In this document: positions 42,201 through 57,200 of the stretch, piece by piece
Position numbering within the stretch: the first letter of the stretch is position 1
Layout: each line of letters begins with the position of its first letter
From: Aplysia californica
Lineage: Eukaryota
Direction of reading: 5' to 3'
Assembly: GCF_000002075.1 (NCBI RefSeq)
Contig: NW_004797315.1
Location: 1,573,133-1,637,132 of the forward strand
DNA length: 64,000 bases
Program-made: the position numbers and the translations under genes
Notes under the pieces: generated by a model
Databases searched by the model: none
Seen by the model: only the letters and a program-made list of their open reading frames with translations
Told to the model about the DNA's origin: nothing

Positions 42201-45200
42201 TGAATAAATCTGGTGCATAAACAAAATGTCTTTGTTAGTTTTAAGATAACTTTTATTTTCAAAATGCCTGCCACTACCATGGTAATCTTGGATTTTGAGG
42301 GAAAAAAAAGTAATATCACTTTTTAGAGATATTTTCCTGGTATACCTCCGTGCAGCAATATAAAAAAACAACTTTATGGTTGAGAGCTACCAAGACAGGT
42401 CTGAAGTGTAGGGTAATAGAGGTACCAGAGGGTTGACAAATGGGGAAACAATCAAAGGTTTGAGTAGTCTTACATCCATGTTAAAACATTACCTGTAGCT
42501 GTTTGGACCCCTTTCTCTGCATTTACGTCCTGAACTTTGACAGAGAACGAAATTTCTTGAGCAATGTCTTTATCCAGTTTTCCATTGATTGTGATCCGTC
42601 CATTTTGGTCAATAGCAAATGCTTGCTGTAAATAATAGTTAAATATATATACATGCAAGTCGACCCAGAGCAACACGGAAAGGAGATTGAACAAAAGAAT
42701 GGGGACTGGATACACAAGAAAGCAGTATGATTGACCTACTTTTATGCCTCTTTTAGAATCAAAAAGGGAAGAGCATTGTCCAACATTGTAAACTGTGTTT
42801 GTTTTAGTAGAGGTTTTACGCCACTCGCAACTGCATAAGGTCATAGGAGCGCCAAGGGGTGGATGTCAACAGAGAAATCCTTACAGGGAATCAGACTTAC
42901 TCTGCTCACCTCTCTAGCTTCAGCATCACAAAGTCTGCTTCGACTATCAAGGCACCCCGGAAATAGCGGGTCACAAGAGTGTGACAAACATACAAAAGAA
43001 GTAGAGGAAAATGACGATAGTAAGGATTGGGAAAGAAAAAGCAGCAGTTCCCTGCTGCAGATCAGGCACAGTTATGAGCGTGATATGATGAATCAGCCCA
43101 TTTACAATTCTACTGTGCATGAATGAGAAATGTCCCCCCTTTGGGAAGGGCCTAAAGACACTTCAGTCAGTGGCACGGCCCCCGGGGGTGTAAACTGTGT
43201 TCAGTACGTCTGTAAACACAAATGCAAAATGAAAAGCAGCTCCGACTAATGAGAGGCCTTCAACTTGACATTGATTCCCGAAGGACAAAGCAAGATCACA
43301 GAAACAGTAACATGTTACATTGACTCTAATAATGACAATCTTTCAGATTAGTCTTTCAGGGAGAAATATCTTGGCTGTTTCTAAAGGCAATGTAATAACA
43401 AAAGTCATGAGCACTTGTGCATAAACACGACAAGAAAGGACATATATACATACATTATGCGCTGAGACAACTCCATTCTCCCCCGCCACCCCCTCCCCTC
43501 CTCTCCCCCCTCTTTCTCTGTCTGTCTGTCCATCCGTCTGTCTCTCTTTCTTTCTCTCTGTTTCAATTGTACCACTGTGTGTTTCAGTAACCTCACTGCA
43601 ATTGGTACAAAAGAATTCCTAAAACAAAAAATGACCAATTTGGCCCTTTTTATCATGGCTCCATATTTTGTCATTTGCCCAAGGGCACTACATTAATCAA
43701 CTTGCAAAATCAAAACACTGGGCCTGTTCCTCGGTAATGCTAAAGACCTCAAGGTTCTTTAAGAAATCTAATGATTGCATGAGTTGAATCCCTTCCAATA
43801 TAATAGACTTTGCCTTCATATTGCTGCATACACAAAAACGATAAACGAATAATGCAGAGCTTTCTCTCATACAGCAAATAAAGTACAACTTACAGTGTAA
43901 TCATAATTGTCAGAGTCCGAAAGCTTATTTCCATTCTTGTCACTGGCTTCAAAAGACTGCAGAGAGTAAACAAGCCGTTTGGTGGAATCTGGATCTTGAG
44001 CCTCTGTGGTAAGCACTGGGGTCCCTATGGGATCAGCTGCAAATGGGTGTGTGTGTTTGTGTGTGTGTGTGTTTGTGGTGGGCACAGGGGGGGGGGGGAG
44101 GGGAGAAAAAGACATTAAGACATTGCAAATTGTGTCTCATGAATGAGCAAGTCATGAGAACAAAAGGTAAAAAGCAAATCTTAAACATGCAAGGCTCAAA
44201 TAAAAGAAAAAAGTGCTTCACGTTAACATCAAATATGCTTTTTGTTTGGGTTTTTTTTGGCTCTCAACAGCATATGGTCATAAGAGCGTGTGGGACACAT
44301 TAAACATTTTCAGCTGGTAGAAAATTTTGAATCTTTCCCCGGGTGGCTGTCGAAGCCTACTCTATTCGATTTTAGACCAACAAGGGATCTTTAATGTGCG
44401 CGCACTTGCACATGAGACCTCCCAGTATTTTCGCCCCTATCCAAGAAGGCTAGGTATTAGAGACAGCAGTAAGAGGGAGCCAAGGAGTAGCAGTAGAAAG
44501 CCGGCAGAAAGAGCCAGGAGTCCAGAGGATGGGGGCAAAGGAGGTGAGGGGTGGGGGCAGAAAGTGAAGACGAAAGCAGGCAACAGAAGATTGTTAGAGA
44601 GCAGGAAAGGAGGGGAGAAGAGAAAATTTTAGAGAAAAAAATGTTCCCGTCACTATCCGGATTCGAACCAGTGACCTATTGAATGAAAGGCTAACACTGT
44701 AACCCCTCAACCAGGAGAGCCCCTTCAAATAAGTTTTCTTTTGATTGCATCAACAAAAGAAAGGAAGTTGAAAGTGAAACTAACTTTCCTGTGCGTTGGC
44801 TCTGTACAAGAATTTATCAAATTTAGGTGGCTTGTTGTTGGCATCCAAGATGACCACTGAGACATTCGCTGTGTCATTTAGCTGTGGGGCCCCACCGTCT
44901 GTTGCAAGGATCTGAAACAAACAAAAACAAAACATTACCGTGTCAATTGCTTTGTTTTGTTTTCACGGTTTACAATCAGTGATCTCTCTGAAAGACAACT
45001 CTTTCCCTACAAGCAGAAAATTTCCCATTCTGCATCCCTTCACTCATAATATACCAGTTCAACATTTCCATTAAGACTTTATCAACTAAAACTTCAGTTC
45101 TATTAAAAACAGTGGCGGATAAGATGCAAGAGCAAACTACACTTTTTGCTTGCATTTTGCCTAAACTGCAGAGCAGGACCCTTAAAGAATCCAGTATTAC

Positions 45201-48200
45201 ACACTCAAAAAATCAGAGTATCTAGGAATACAAATCATATTTTTGGGGGTTACTTGGCCGGTCTAAATATCAATATGTCTGCAGCCAACAGAACGTGAAG
45301 GTAGCTTCTAGAAGTGCCTTTTGTGAAGCCATATAGGGCATAAGACTCTTTGAGCAGAAGAACAGTACTATTAACATCAAAATAATAACACTGACCTGTT
45401 GTTAACAGATCTCCTGCAGAATGAGAAAGCAACTGCAAACAGCATTTTCAACTTTTACTGCTTTAAAATATTTGTCACAAAACATACAGTTACCCATAAT
45501 TTTACATTGCTGATCCCGTTCTTTCAATAGCATACAGATCGAGAATCGAATAATCAGCTTTTTCTACATCTTTCATTATATGGATATAACCCAATATACT
45601 TCAAAGCCATACATATATTACCCAAGAGCAGAACCCTGCCAAGCCACAAGCTGTTACATAAACGTTCTGCACCCAGGAGGCATGATAAACGACAAAAACA
45701 AACAGCAGCCCTCAAAGACAAGCCCACCGAGACACCCACCTGGAAATCGTAGCTGGTTCTGATATTGTAATCAAAGTTGTTCTCCCCAGCCACTGTCACA
45801 ACACCAGTGTCCGGGTCCACTCGGAAGTTTCCAGAGCTTCCACTGCCAAGGCGGTAGGTGATCTTCCCAAAGGCACCACCATCAAGGTCAGTTCCATTGA
45901 CGTCAGCCACCACAGTGCCTGAAAACAGAAGCATGACAGAACATGACAGGGGCAGAGGTGTATTTAGAGCCTTTAAAAAATCCCACCATGAAGTCGCAAC
46001 AAATCAAGTCAAATTCCATTTGAATTTCAACACTTTACAGTCATCATTTTAGAAGATGTACAGCTAAGCTTTATAAAGCTGAACAATTTCAGTCCTAACC
46101 CTTTGAGCCCTCATCACTGATACACCGGAGGCATGTAAAACTGCCGGTATGCCTAACCACCGGTAGAATGGTGAGTGAGACCCTATCCCCAAACCGACCC
46201 GCCTGGGACAAATCATGCGCAGGATGCCATGTTTACTACACAGGATATGTTACTGATTATTTTAAACAGCTTTCTGAATTAGATGCTAGTAATGACAAGG
46301 ACTACCATGAGTGGGATGTGGAGTGTGATGCTGACGGTAACATGAATGTTAGTAATATATCGCCTAGGAGCTCATGCAAAGGGGCACAGTAACATCAGGA
46401 GGTCAGGGTTCATAGGGTTAAATCCACCATCTGCACTCAAACACAGAACCTACATGCATGAAGTACCAACTGTCACATTGTCTTTCCCTTTTATTTTTAC
46501 TGAAGTTCAAAGCTTGAATCAGACTTAAGCATTAAATTTGAGCATATGATGTCAAGAAAAAAACTTTCCCTGCTATTCCACCAACACAGTTACTGGCTAA
46601 ATCATTAAATAATAATAATAATAAATAATAATAAATAGCATTTGTATAGCGCATATCCCCGCTCAACAGCAGGCTCTATGCACTTTACACTATATTATTA
46701 CCCCAGCAGACCATAGAACACTCCGAAACATTCTCAGCTTCCCGGGAAGCATACAGTGCAAGCAGCTGATTAAGCGCTCAAACACTAACAAACTGACAAG
46801 ATCTTTCGCTGTCTATAGCCGGGTACCCATTCCCACCTGGGTGAAGTGAGGAAAATTGGTGTAAAGTGCCTTTCCCAAGGACACAACATCAGGCCCTTGA
46901 CGGGATTCGAACCCACGACCTTACGGTTGCGAGTCCGAGAGCCTAACCACTAGGCCACCGACGCCATAAAATCATTATAAAGGCCTTGCATTACAAAATA
47001 TTAGTCAAAATTATGAAACTGCATTAGAAGATTGGAAATAAAAAGGAAAATGAAATTAGCAGTAATTTATATTCAAGCTATATAAAGATCAAGAGAAATA
47101 TCTTGTCCAGATGATCAGTTGGAATAATCCCAGATTTTCTTTTTTAAACTGGGGTATCTTCAACACAAAAAGTGTGATAAAACCTCACATCCTTCAATGA
47201 AGCTCAAAAGGACATTTACTGACAAACTCTGTACCATCTTTTCTGATGCAAAATATTACAAACCAATTGAAATAGCCAGAGGGTGTACAAAGGCTGTGAC
47301 ATACTTAGGTAGTTTCAAAAAGAAATGTTTCAGGCTTTTTGTTTCAGGTCACTTTGTGCAGTTCTGCCATCTAATGCAATCTATCGGCAAAACTTACAGT
47401 TCCTTCCACAGTTATTAATTCTCAACAAAAGTTATGACTGAGCAAATTCTCAACAAAAGTCATGACTGAGCATTATCACAGCATAATGTATACCTGGCTC
47501 AGCAAGCTCAGAGATGGTAGCTTGGTACACTTTGGGAAACAAAATAGGAGAGTGGTTGTTTTGATCCTGTAAACAGAAAAAGAGTTTCCCATCATATCAA
47601 AAACCAAACGAATGTCTCATTCATTACTAGTTTCATACATAAAGAAATAATTGACAAACACAATCTCAAAACACTGAAACCAAGAATAAAAAAACAAATC
47701 TCATTAAATTCAGATCCCCAGCTCTAAAGATGGTTATGTCTTAAGTTAATCCTCCCAAATTCCCAAAGAATCAAAAACTTTAACTTGTCCCCCTTTTTCA
47801 CATTCATAATATATCTTATAATCTAGACTATCATTATTCCCTTCTGTCAATCCTTTTATGAACACTTAACGAACGAACAGTTTATTTACAAGGAGATAAA
47901 GAGCTACTGCGCTTCTGGAGGAGGGAAAAAATATGAGAAGAGATACAACTCATCATTGTACAACAATAAAAAAAAGATGTTTTATTTTAAATTTTTTTTT
48001 AAAGAAGAGAACACCGCAATCATTTAGAAGAATGACATTACAAAGCAAGCAACCTAGGCAAGCAAGCCAAAATACGACACAAGAAACAAGTACAGTTTTC
48101 CCTACTTACAATAACATTTACTTTGACCGGCACACTGTTTGTCTGTGGAGGATTACCACCGTCAGAAGCCTGAACAGTCAGGGAGAAGCTGAAAAGAACA

Positions 48201-51200
48201 AGCCAAAGAAATACACTCTTGCACAAGCCTCATAACGGATGCAATGGTTTCAAACACAGGATTAACATTAGTTTCCTGGAACTGTTGGTTCGGTGACCAA
48301 TTTTGTTGGAATAACAGAAGCCACAGCGTAGGTCCAATTAAAGAAACACTCTCATTTCAGTTACCAAACATAGGTAGATGGAATTTGAAAAAAAAATCCA
48401 AAAGAAAATGAACAATATACTAAATAAACTAAAATAATTTACCGAGTAAGCCAATGCGGCATGGCGCAGAAACTTCAAATCTTTGGCTTGCAAACTTTAA
48501 CAAAAGTTCTGCAAAATTAGCAGTCTGCCTGCGCTAAACTGGTGTGTGTCCAGACAAAATCAACAAATCAACCGACTGACTAAACTCTTTAACAATAGAT
48601 TAAAGTTCAGTAACTCTCTATATTTTTCCTGAGTTCTGATAATAAAATCTTTGATGGTCCCACAAATTGTAGATAAATGATAAATTGTAAAGCACATTGA
48701 CCCTACTTTCTAGAAGGGACATATACAAATAAAATGTAATCTATTTTTAACGATAAAAAGAAGCATAGCTAGAAAATAAGATTACCCAAGCTCAATAAAA
48801 CAAAGATTTCCTGTTGTACTCAAAAGGGTAGATAATTGGATGCAAGAACACCAGAAGTTCATTTAAAAAGTTTTCATTGCATACCTTTTGCTACAAATGA
48901 ATTCCACATGAAAACTGGGGGAGATTGGGGGGGTGGGGGGGGGGGGGGATCCACAAATGTCCAATTAAAACATTTTGGGGGGTTTTGCCACTTGGAATTT
49001 GCTGTAAGCCTTGGCTATTTTATCGTTAAAATATCAAGCGGGAAAGCTGCAAAAGTAAAGAGATATGGTCAATTCTTTTTTAAAGTGGTAAGAGAGAAGC
49101 ACAGACATCTTCAATGACGATGTTTCAATTTTCTGTTTTGTAAAAAGTGGACATCTGCGCTTATTCCCCCTTATTCTTCCAACGGCGTTGACCCTGATTT
49201 TTATTCCAGTGTGTATCTATTATTTCTCCGGGAACCATGGCTACTTTTCCCCCATACAATGAGAATTGTGTGTACTTACTATCCCAGCTTATTGCCTTGA
49301 GCATCCGTTGGTGTTGTATCATAATCTAAAGTGGCTCTTAGTGAAAGGGTTCCGTTGTAGGGTTCAATAAGGAAGGCATTGTTCGGGCTTTGTCCACTCA
49401 CAATACTGTACGAAATTCTGCCTGTGCCGTCTTCATTATCCACAGCCTGTGGAAGTTTTCATTTTGAAATCACAATTATTTCAGACGAAATCTTAAGTAA
49501 AGGTCTCCTACAAAACTATTTCGACCGAAATTCAATACATAAATACAAAATGATACAAAAGGAATGCAATGTTCAAACAAGGTGAAAGAACTTGTGTTTC
49601 ACACGCATTTGAAATATGCTTGATGAACTGGTGTAAGAGTAGGAATATGACTTTTGATCTATGCTGACGGTCAATTTAGCCTAAGATTGTCTCAAGGTTG
49701 TCTTCATGCAGCTTCTTTCATGGTTAATTCTTCCTTTGTTTGAGGCGCAGATTCTGTCGCAGTACTTGCATGTCAGTGATGTGGATCAAAACTCTGTATT
49801 TCCGCTGTTTACCTTTTGTCATTGATGAACTAAACAAAAAGTTACAACAAATATCAATTAACTCACTTAACCCCAAAACCAAGACATCCTGGTAAATATG
49901 TACCGCGCACAGAACCAAAAATGAAGATACTTCGGTCAAACACTTACTCTGGGGTTCCTTGTTTTTTCAGTCAAAACCACATTTGACAGCAACAAATTTA
50001 TCTTTTCAATTCTTATCCAATTTTGCTCCATTTTCATACAACTTTTTTTACAGAAAGGACCAAGACTTAATTTTCTTTCTTTCTTTTTGTAAGAGTTTTA
50101 TAGTACTTACAACACAATAAGCTCACATAAGTTCCGAAGAACAGAAAAGTTACAAGAAAGTAACAAACATAAAAAAGAAGGAGAGGAGATAAGGACGATA
50201 GATGTTTAATATGAAAGAAGAAGTAAAGCACACCAGAGCAGCTACCAACCGGCCACATTTAATTTTCTGTATCTAAACTCCAGACCACGTCTACTCTAAC
50301 TAGATCTAAACCAGATTTAACCTAAACCAGGACCTAGTTTTTTCAAAGTCTAGATTAATCTTGTAGGCTTACCATAGACAGTAAGAGCTAGATGTATATC
50401 TAGCTATCTATTCCTAGACCTCGATTATAATAGATACTCAATATAGCAGTCTGTAAGTACAAAATCCAGCATCAAAAATGCTAAAAAAAACCGCAACAAA
50501 TGATTTTTTCCCTGAACCTCAAAATTGCCCTCTTTTTTTAAAAGTTCATTTTTAAAAATCGTACTCAGCCCCAAATACAGTTGAAATTGTCCAAGACTGT
50601 AATCTACTGTCAAGAAAAAAAGTGGCCATCTTAAGATATTCGGTCACCAAACACAATGCCATTATAATGTAAAGGGGAAACTCAAGGGGATGAATAGGAA
50701 ATGGCCGTCAGTACAGGTGACTGTTTCATACTGATGGCTGTTAGAGCTGGTTTAACAGTACATTTATTCAAATGTACAGCAAAGGCGAAAAAAAAAAAAA
50801 TCAGGTGGGGTTTTATTGCATCAAAAAATATATAAAACTAAAATGACTCTTCAAAAATTTCTAACAATGGCTTTTCTCGGGTGATTCGTTTCAACATCTG
50901 GGCCACTCTCAAATAAATTAACCTAAATGCTCTGGAAGGGTGACTTCTAAATCTTTTACAAGAAACGCGTGAAAAAAAAAAATACTTAGCTCTGAGCAAT
51001 CTCTAAGTCGTCATACAATAATGTACAACATGGGGTACAACGTTCTACGGAGTTCACACTGCTATTCAATCTCCCTCTTATTTCATCAGCCGTCTTATTG
51101 TAATTCCTAATTGTCTTCACAACAAAGGGATGGAAAAATAAACCCAAAACACATCAGGGAAGAATAAGAATAAGAGTATTAAGAATAATAAGACGTATAT

Positions 51201-54200
51201 CAGGGTACTAGACCCACATGAAAGGCCTACACAGAACATATTATAAAGGCATAACCCTCACAGACAACATATCAAGGCATAGGGCCGTATAAAAACATAT
51301 CAGGAAAGAAGTCTCACGTATAACATACAAAGTCATAAGGCCAACATAAAGCATATAAGGGCCCCACTCAAAACCTCCCAGTACAAAGGAAAAACAAAAA
51401 CTTAACACAGTAGGCTACATTCTTCACATATGATCAATACAACACCTAGAAAGACATATAAGCATTTATGTACTTGGTGTTTACTCACAAAATAGAATTT
51501 ACATTTACAGCAACTAACAATCGGTCAAACAAAGCGGTTCGACAATCTGCTCCAAGCAGAAGTAAATATTTTACCAAAAAATTACTCAGCTGCTTTATAA
51601 AGGTAGCGCTAAAGAATTATTCCCCGAACTACTTACAGTGATGGTAATGGGATTGAGGAAGTTCAGACTTGTCTCACTAACAGATGTCTCATAGGAAGGC
51701 TGCCTGAAGACCGGCCCTAGGTCATTGAAATTCAGCACATTCACCATGACCTGGGCCTGTGGAGCAAATCAGGTAGGTTGGGGTACAAACCATGGAGGCA
51801 AAACAAGGCAGGAGAGGAGAGGAGACCGTACATGACTGAATAGGGGAGTGGCAGTCTTCATTCCAACATCCACTCCTTCAAAGGAGCACGTCATCTTTGT
51901 ATGTTATCATTAGGGAAAAAACCCAAGGGCTTGCAGGTAGTTTTTGTTTTTTGTTTGTTTGAGTAAAGACAAGCACATCGACACAGTAATGGCGATTTTT
52001 TGCTGAGAAAAAGTTTTAAAAAGACAGACAGAAACAACAGAGGCAAAGTAAAGAAGTAGGACCAACCAGTGGCACCCTCTAACCACCCACTCTTGCAGGT
52101 AAGAGCTAAATCTAGAACAGTTTGAACACAAGTATGTACATTGACAACATTATAGTAATTAAGTGCCAGTTAGTTTGAGTAAAACAGAATCATATCAACA
52201 TAATAGTGACCAGCTACAGCAGGGGGGGGGGGGGGGGGGGGGGGGGGGGAAATAAGATACATAACAAAAACAGAGGGAGAGAAAGCAAAGACCCACAAAT
52301 GGTTCCCTGCAACCACCCACAAGCAGGGCAAAAATAGGATTGATAACAAACAAAAAAACAGAGAGAGAGAAAGAAAAAGACCCATCAAAGGTACCTTGCA
52401 ACCACCCACATCTAGAGCTAAGAAAAACACAAGACAGAGGAAGGAGGAAAAAGGAAAAGGAGGAAGGAGGATAAGCTGGACAGGGGAGAACAGGAGAAAA
52501 CGATATCAGGTGCGGAAAGCCCAGAGAGCATGGTCATGCAGTGCCACCCAAAATTGTTCACTGTTTTATTGCTTAAAGCACACACATACTGAAAACGGAA
52601 AAAACAGCAACAAGGTCCTTGCTGGCACTTAAATCATGGCTATTACTGTATTCATAGCACCACAAAACATCTACCATGCCATACCAAGATTCTTGTGCTT
52701 AATAGCATGTTCAGCGGTTGTAATTTGACCTGAACAATGCTTTTAAGGCAGACCTAAGCAAGAAAGGCACTCAAAGTCAGCTTGGCTGAACATTGATATC
52801 AACCAGATGGTACAATCTCAAATGTGAGCAACTAAGCATTGCCCGCCATAAGCAGTATAAAAAATAAACGCAGGCAGAGGACAAAACAGTACCTGGCTGG
52901 ACTTGGGTATCTCTCCTTTGTCAGACGCATACACCAAGAAAACGTAAGACTGCTCGAGCTCATAATCAAGAGGAGCAACTAGATCTAGTTGTCCAGACAC
53001 AGAATCAATTGAAAACCTGAAAGAAAGCACAAACTGTTATAGACTACCTTAACTTTCTCTGTGCTGCAAATGCATTACAACATCCAGAACTGAACAAACT
53101 TAAAGCCAGTTCAGAATAGAATTGTACCAAATTGTTCATGAACTCATCTTAACAGGCTTCAAAACCACGCTAAACAGAGATGAGGTTTCTAAAATTCTCA
53201 ATTCTCCCCATAACAAATTATTCAAGCAAAAACAAAATAAATATGAAAACCACTCTGGGTTTCATTAGAAACTGGAGCCATAACACGTCCAGACAATCAG
53301 ATATATCATACCTTTTATATTAAAATTATTACTCTTGACCTAAAACATTTTTTTTTGTATGCCAATATACACAGCCCTGGTAAAAATCATGTCATTTACT
53401 AAGATTGAAACAAATAGTTTCATAGAACAAGACAAATTGATAATAAAACACAACTAAGCAAAAAATATTTAGAGCAAATTTTGGAAATATGATCACCGTA
53501 ACCCCTTCATATGAGCTCCAATACACCATACATCGAACATTGTGAACCAAGATGTCTTCTTTCCATATAATGTACATCCTAAAATGCACAATATGGGATT
53601 TTATAACGGTTCTACAATAGTGTTGAATAGAACTTTTCAGGAAAACTGATGAAACTAGTAAATTGTTAAATCAAAAAGGAACCGAAAAATGACTGAAACT
53701 GCTCAACGACCTGGGTAGCAAAAGCTGGGTGCAGTAAAAGTTTAAAGAAAAAACCGTTATGCCATGAAGGGGTTGAAAATAAAAATAAAACTGACATCAT
53801 GTAGATGTTTAGCTTTTTCAAACGGGAATCCAACGTAAACAAAATTGAAAAATGCTGCCAATTCAATCTCAATGCTGAAAAAGACATTGATGTTTTGTGA
53901 ATAAGTACTGTGAAAGAACAGATGGTAGGACAGCAAGTGAGGGGGGGGGGGGGGGGGGGGTCACCAATTCCAGAAATACCCCTCATTGACACCTCTTGAA
54001 AATGGCAGTCATCAATACTATTATATCAGATATCGACATGGAAAATGTTATATTGTTTATCCCTTCGCTGCTCTTCCTCACCAAGGTGGTAAAGGTAAAT
54101 TCTGATACGGATTCCGTTACATTTTCCTCACTGGAACTGAAAACTAGACCACAGCTTATAGTCATGAATAAACTTTCACCATAGCCAGGCCTTCCACTGA

Positions 54201-57200
54201 GGAACTCCTGCGAGAGAACCAAGAACCCGGCTCGTTTTGGCTGGGCTGAACACTAGCGCTGCATTTTTTTCGTACAGGTATAAGAGGGGTTGAACATTGG
54301 TGCAGGATATTTTACTGTTCAGCAGCTGCAAGGTTGAACAGGAACGGGACAGGACCAAAACAAAGATATCACACTTTCCAGAGTCCAGGGCATAGGACCA
54401 AATTCACTATATCTCAGTCCAACATTTCAAAATAAATTTGGGCCACTCTTGGGTGATTTAGCGATAACCTTAAAAGCCATAACATTTCAGTCTGGAGCTA
54501 AAAGGAGTCGAGCAATCACAATGATAGTCAAAATTAAATAGGAAAAAATAGACAAAAGAAAAACAAAAAAATTATATGATGAGAGAAATGAAACCTTTCA
54601 CACAGCAAGAAGCTCCTTTTGACTATGTGTTATAATTTCAAGAAGAGTAACAATATTGCCTGAATGCTGAGACAGACTATTTTTCTAAAACATGCCAATA
54701 GGTTGGGGCGAAAGGTTTGTGAGGACAAAAAAAAAAATCCCTTCATCCTGCTCCAAAAATTCCGTCTTACTTATCAGAGAATCCTCCTTCCAGTCTATAT
54801 TCCACTTCACCATTCAAGCCAGAATCTTTGTCCGAGGCCTGTTCAAAAAAAATAATTTTAGAGTTTAGAAAGCACTCAGGGGGCAGGGTTTCTCTTTTTT
54901 TATTTTTTTTACACCTGAGAGAGAGCTAATTCTGCTTGAACTAGCTGGTTCCACTCAACATCACAATCAAAATACAGAAAGCTACTTTTACTTCTTTCGG
55001 TGGAATGGGCCACACGTTATGAGGATTAATAAAGAGCAAAAGATCCTTCAGGGTGTAATAAGTTACAAAAAAAACTAGTGTAACCCTGGACTGCATCTGA
55101 CTGTCATAAGGGCACAAGGATTGAACATTCAAAGTTATAAAAACCTCGAAAGAAACATCAAAATGAGAGAAAATTGGGACATTGTATTTATGACCCCTAA
55201 AAAAATTAAAAAATTAAGAACCAAAATATATCTAAAATTTCAGTAACCCTCAGATTTAAACAAGTGTTGATTATAATGCTAAAGAAAATGAAGGACCCAA
55301 AAGCAAGACATAGCTTCAGATTACAACACATTAATAATAGCATCTCTCAGTTATGTTTCCGCAATTTATACAGCGCCAACAGTACTAAACTGAAAGTTTC
55401 TAACGACTATGAGTTAAAAATATAAGAACCATAGCCAAGAACAATAACAGATAGGCCTCCTCTGTAAAACATAGATACCAAGTGCCACTTTAAAGTGTAA
55501 CACAAAAATTGGGTCACAGCTCAGCACTAGTAAATGATCCACATAAAATACACAAACAAAACTAATATAATACTTACAAACACTCTTAGTAGAGGATATG
55601 GAAAGGTGTTCACACTTTCACTGACATTTGCACCATATGAAACCGCATTTAATATAGGAGTGTTGTCATTGAGATCCACAAGATTGATGACAACCTTTGT
55701 GGTGCTCGAGAATAGCTCAGCGGTTTTAAGTTCTCTGGCTTCCAGCTGTCAGGAGAGAGGAGAAATAATGGGTTGTTGTTTTAGTAAGGTTTAACAGCGC
55801 TCGCAACAGCATAAGGTCATATGAGCGCCAAGGGGTGGATGTCAACAGAGAAGTCCAAACCGGGGAAGCAGGCTTACTCTCCTCACCTCTCTAGCCTCAA
55901 CAGCACAAAGTCTGCTTCGATTATCAAGGCACAAAGTCTGCTTCGACTATCAATGCACCCCCTAAATAGTAGTTCACAAGAGAGTGACAAATATACAAAA
56001 GAAGTAGAGGGAAAATGAGGATAGTAAGGATAAGGAAAAAAAAAGCAGCAGTTCCCCCATGTTGTTCCGGCACAGTATGAGCGTGACATTGATAAATCAG
56101 CCCATTTACAATTGCACTGTGCATAAGAATATGTTAATATGTTAACTCTTTCCACGCGTATCTCCGATATATCGGCGCGAGTCCACACCCTTCACGGACG
56201 TATCGCCGATATATCGGGTGTGATAGGATGCTTTAGTATTGTTTCGTTTTAATACGATCCGTCATTTATAATTACTTTTTGTTGTTATTGAAAAACTCAG
56301 AAAGGATTTAGGAAACGAAATTATCTAATTTCACTTTGGGAAAGCCTGGATTTGGGGAAAAACAAGTGAATTAGTTCTTGCGGTCTTGCATCAATAAAAC
56401 GATGTAATCGGACTCAGTATAAATATCCTAACTCAAACAAAAATTGGAATATAGCTTTCAAATAAAAAGCTGTGCATTCAGAAATTTATGGATTATGCTC
56501 GTGGCCTGTATATGATAAGATAGCTATGCTGGTTTGCTTTTACATGTTTGGTGAATGTAATTTTTTCAGTCAAAATGTACTTTTCACGTCACCGTCGCCA
56601 TTTCTAACCCTTCTAATGCATATTTATGTTCAAAATTCATCCTTGTTTTATATTGGCATGTATTCCTCATTCAATCTCCTTCAAATTGATATTTCATATG
56701 TTACGCTTGGAATGATGGTTATATGCTTCTATGAAGTTATTTTGTACACCACCAGCATAGCCAAAGCGAGCCACAGATTAATTATGTCTAGACCCCCAAA
56801 AAACTACATCCCCAGAAGAGTTAATATCCCCCCTTTGGGAATGCACCAAAGAAACTTCAGTTATTGGTAATGCCATGCAAGGTTATAAAGTGAATGCATC
56901 TCTACACACAAAAAATATGTATACAATACAGCTGCACTTTTATAACTTTTCCAATGTCATTCATTTTCTTAGCTATAATAGGAACATATTTTTTAGACAA
57001 AAGGGATCAAAAGAAAAGTCATGGCTAATCTAAGCAAACACTTTTATGACAAACCAAAGGTATGAGGAAACGACACAAGAAATCTCAGATGCAAAGACGA
57101 CACAGCTCTCAAATCATAAACACTAGGTGGTCTCTAAGCTCTGATTCTACCAGTAAAAGAACACAGTGAAATAGAGGGCTCGTGTTAAACGTAAAGAAAG

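Noticed and set aside
53983-54358. Intronic ORFs as a nested gene
   Set aside because: No recognisable domain or splice structure; probably an unidentified repeat.
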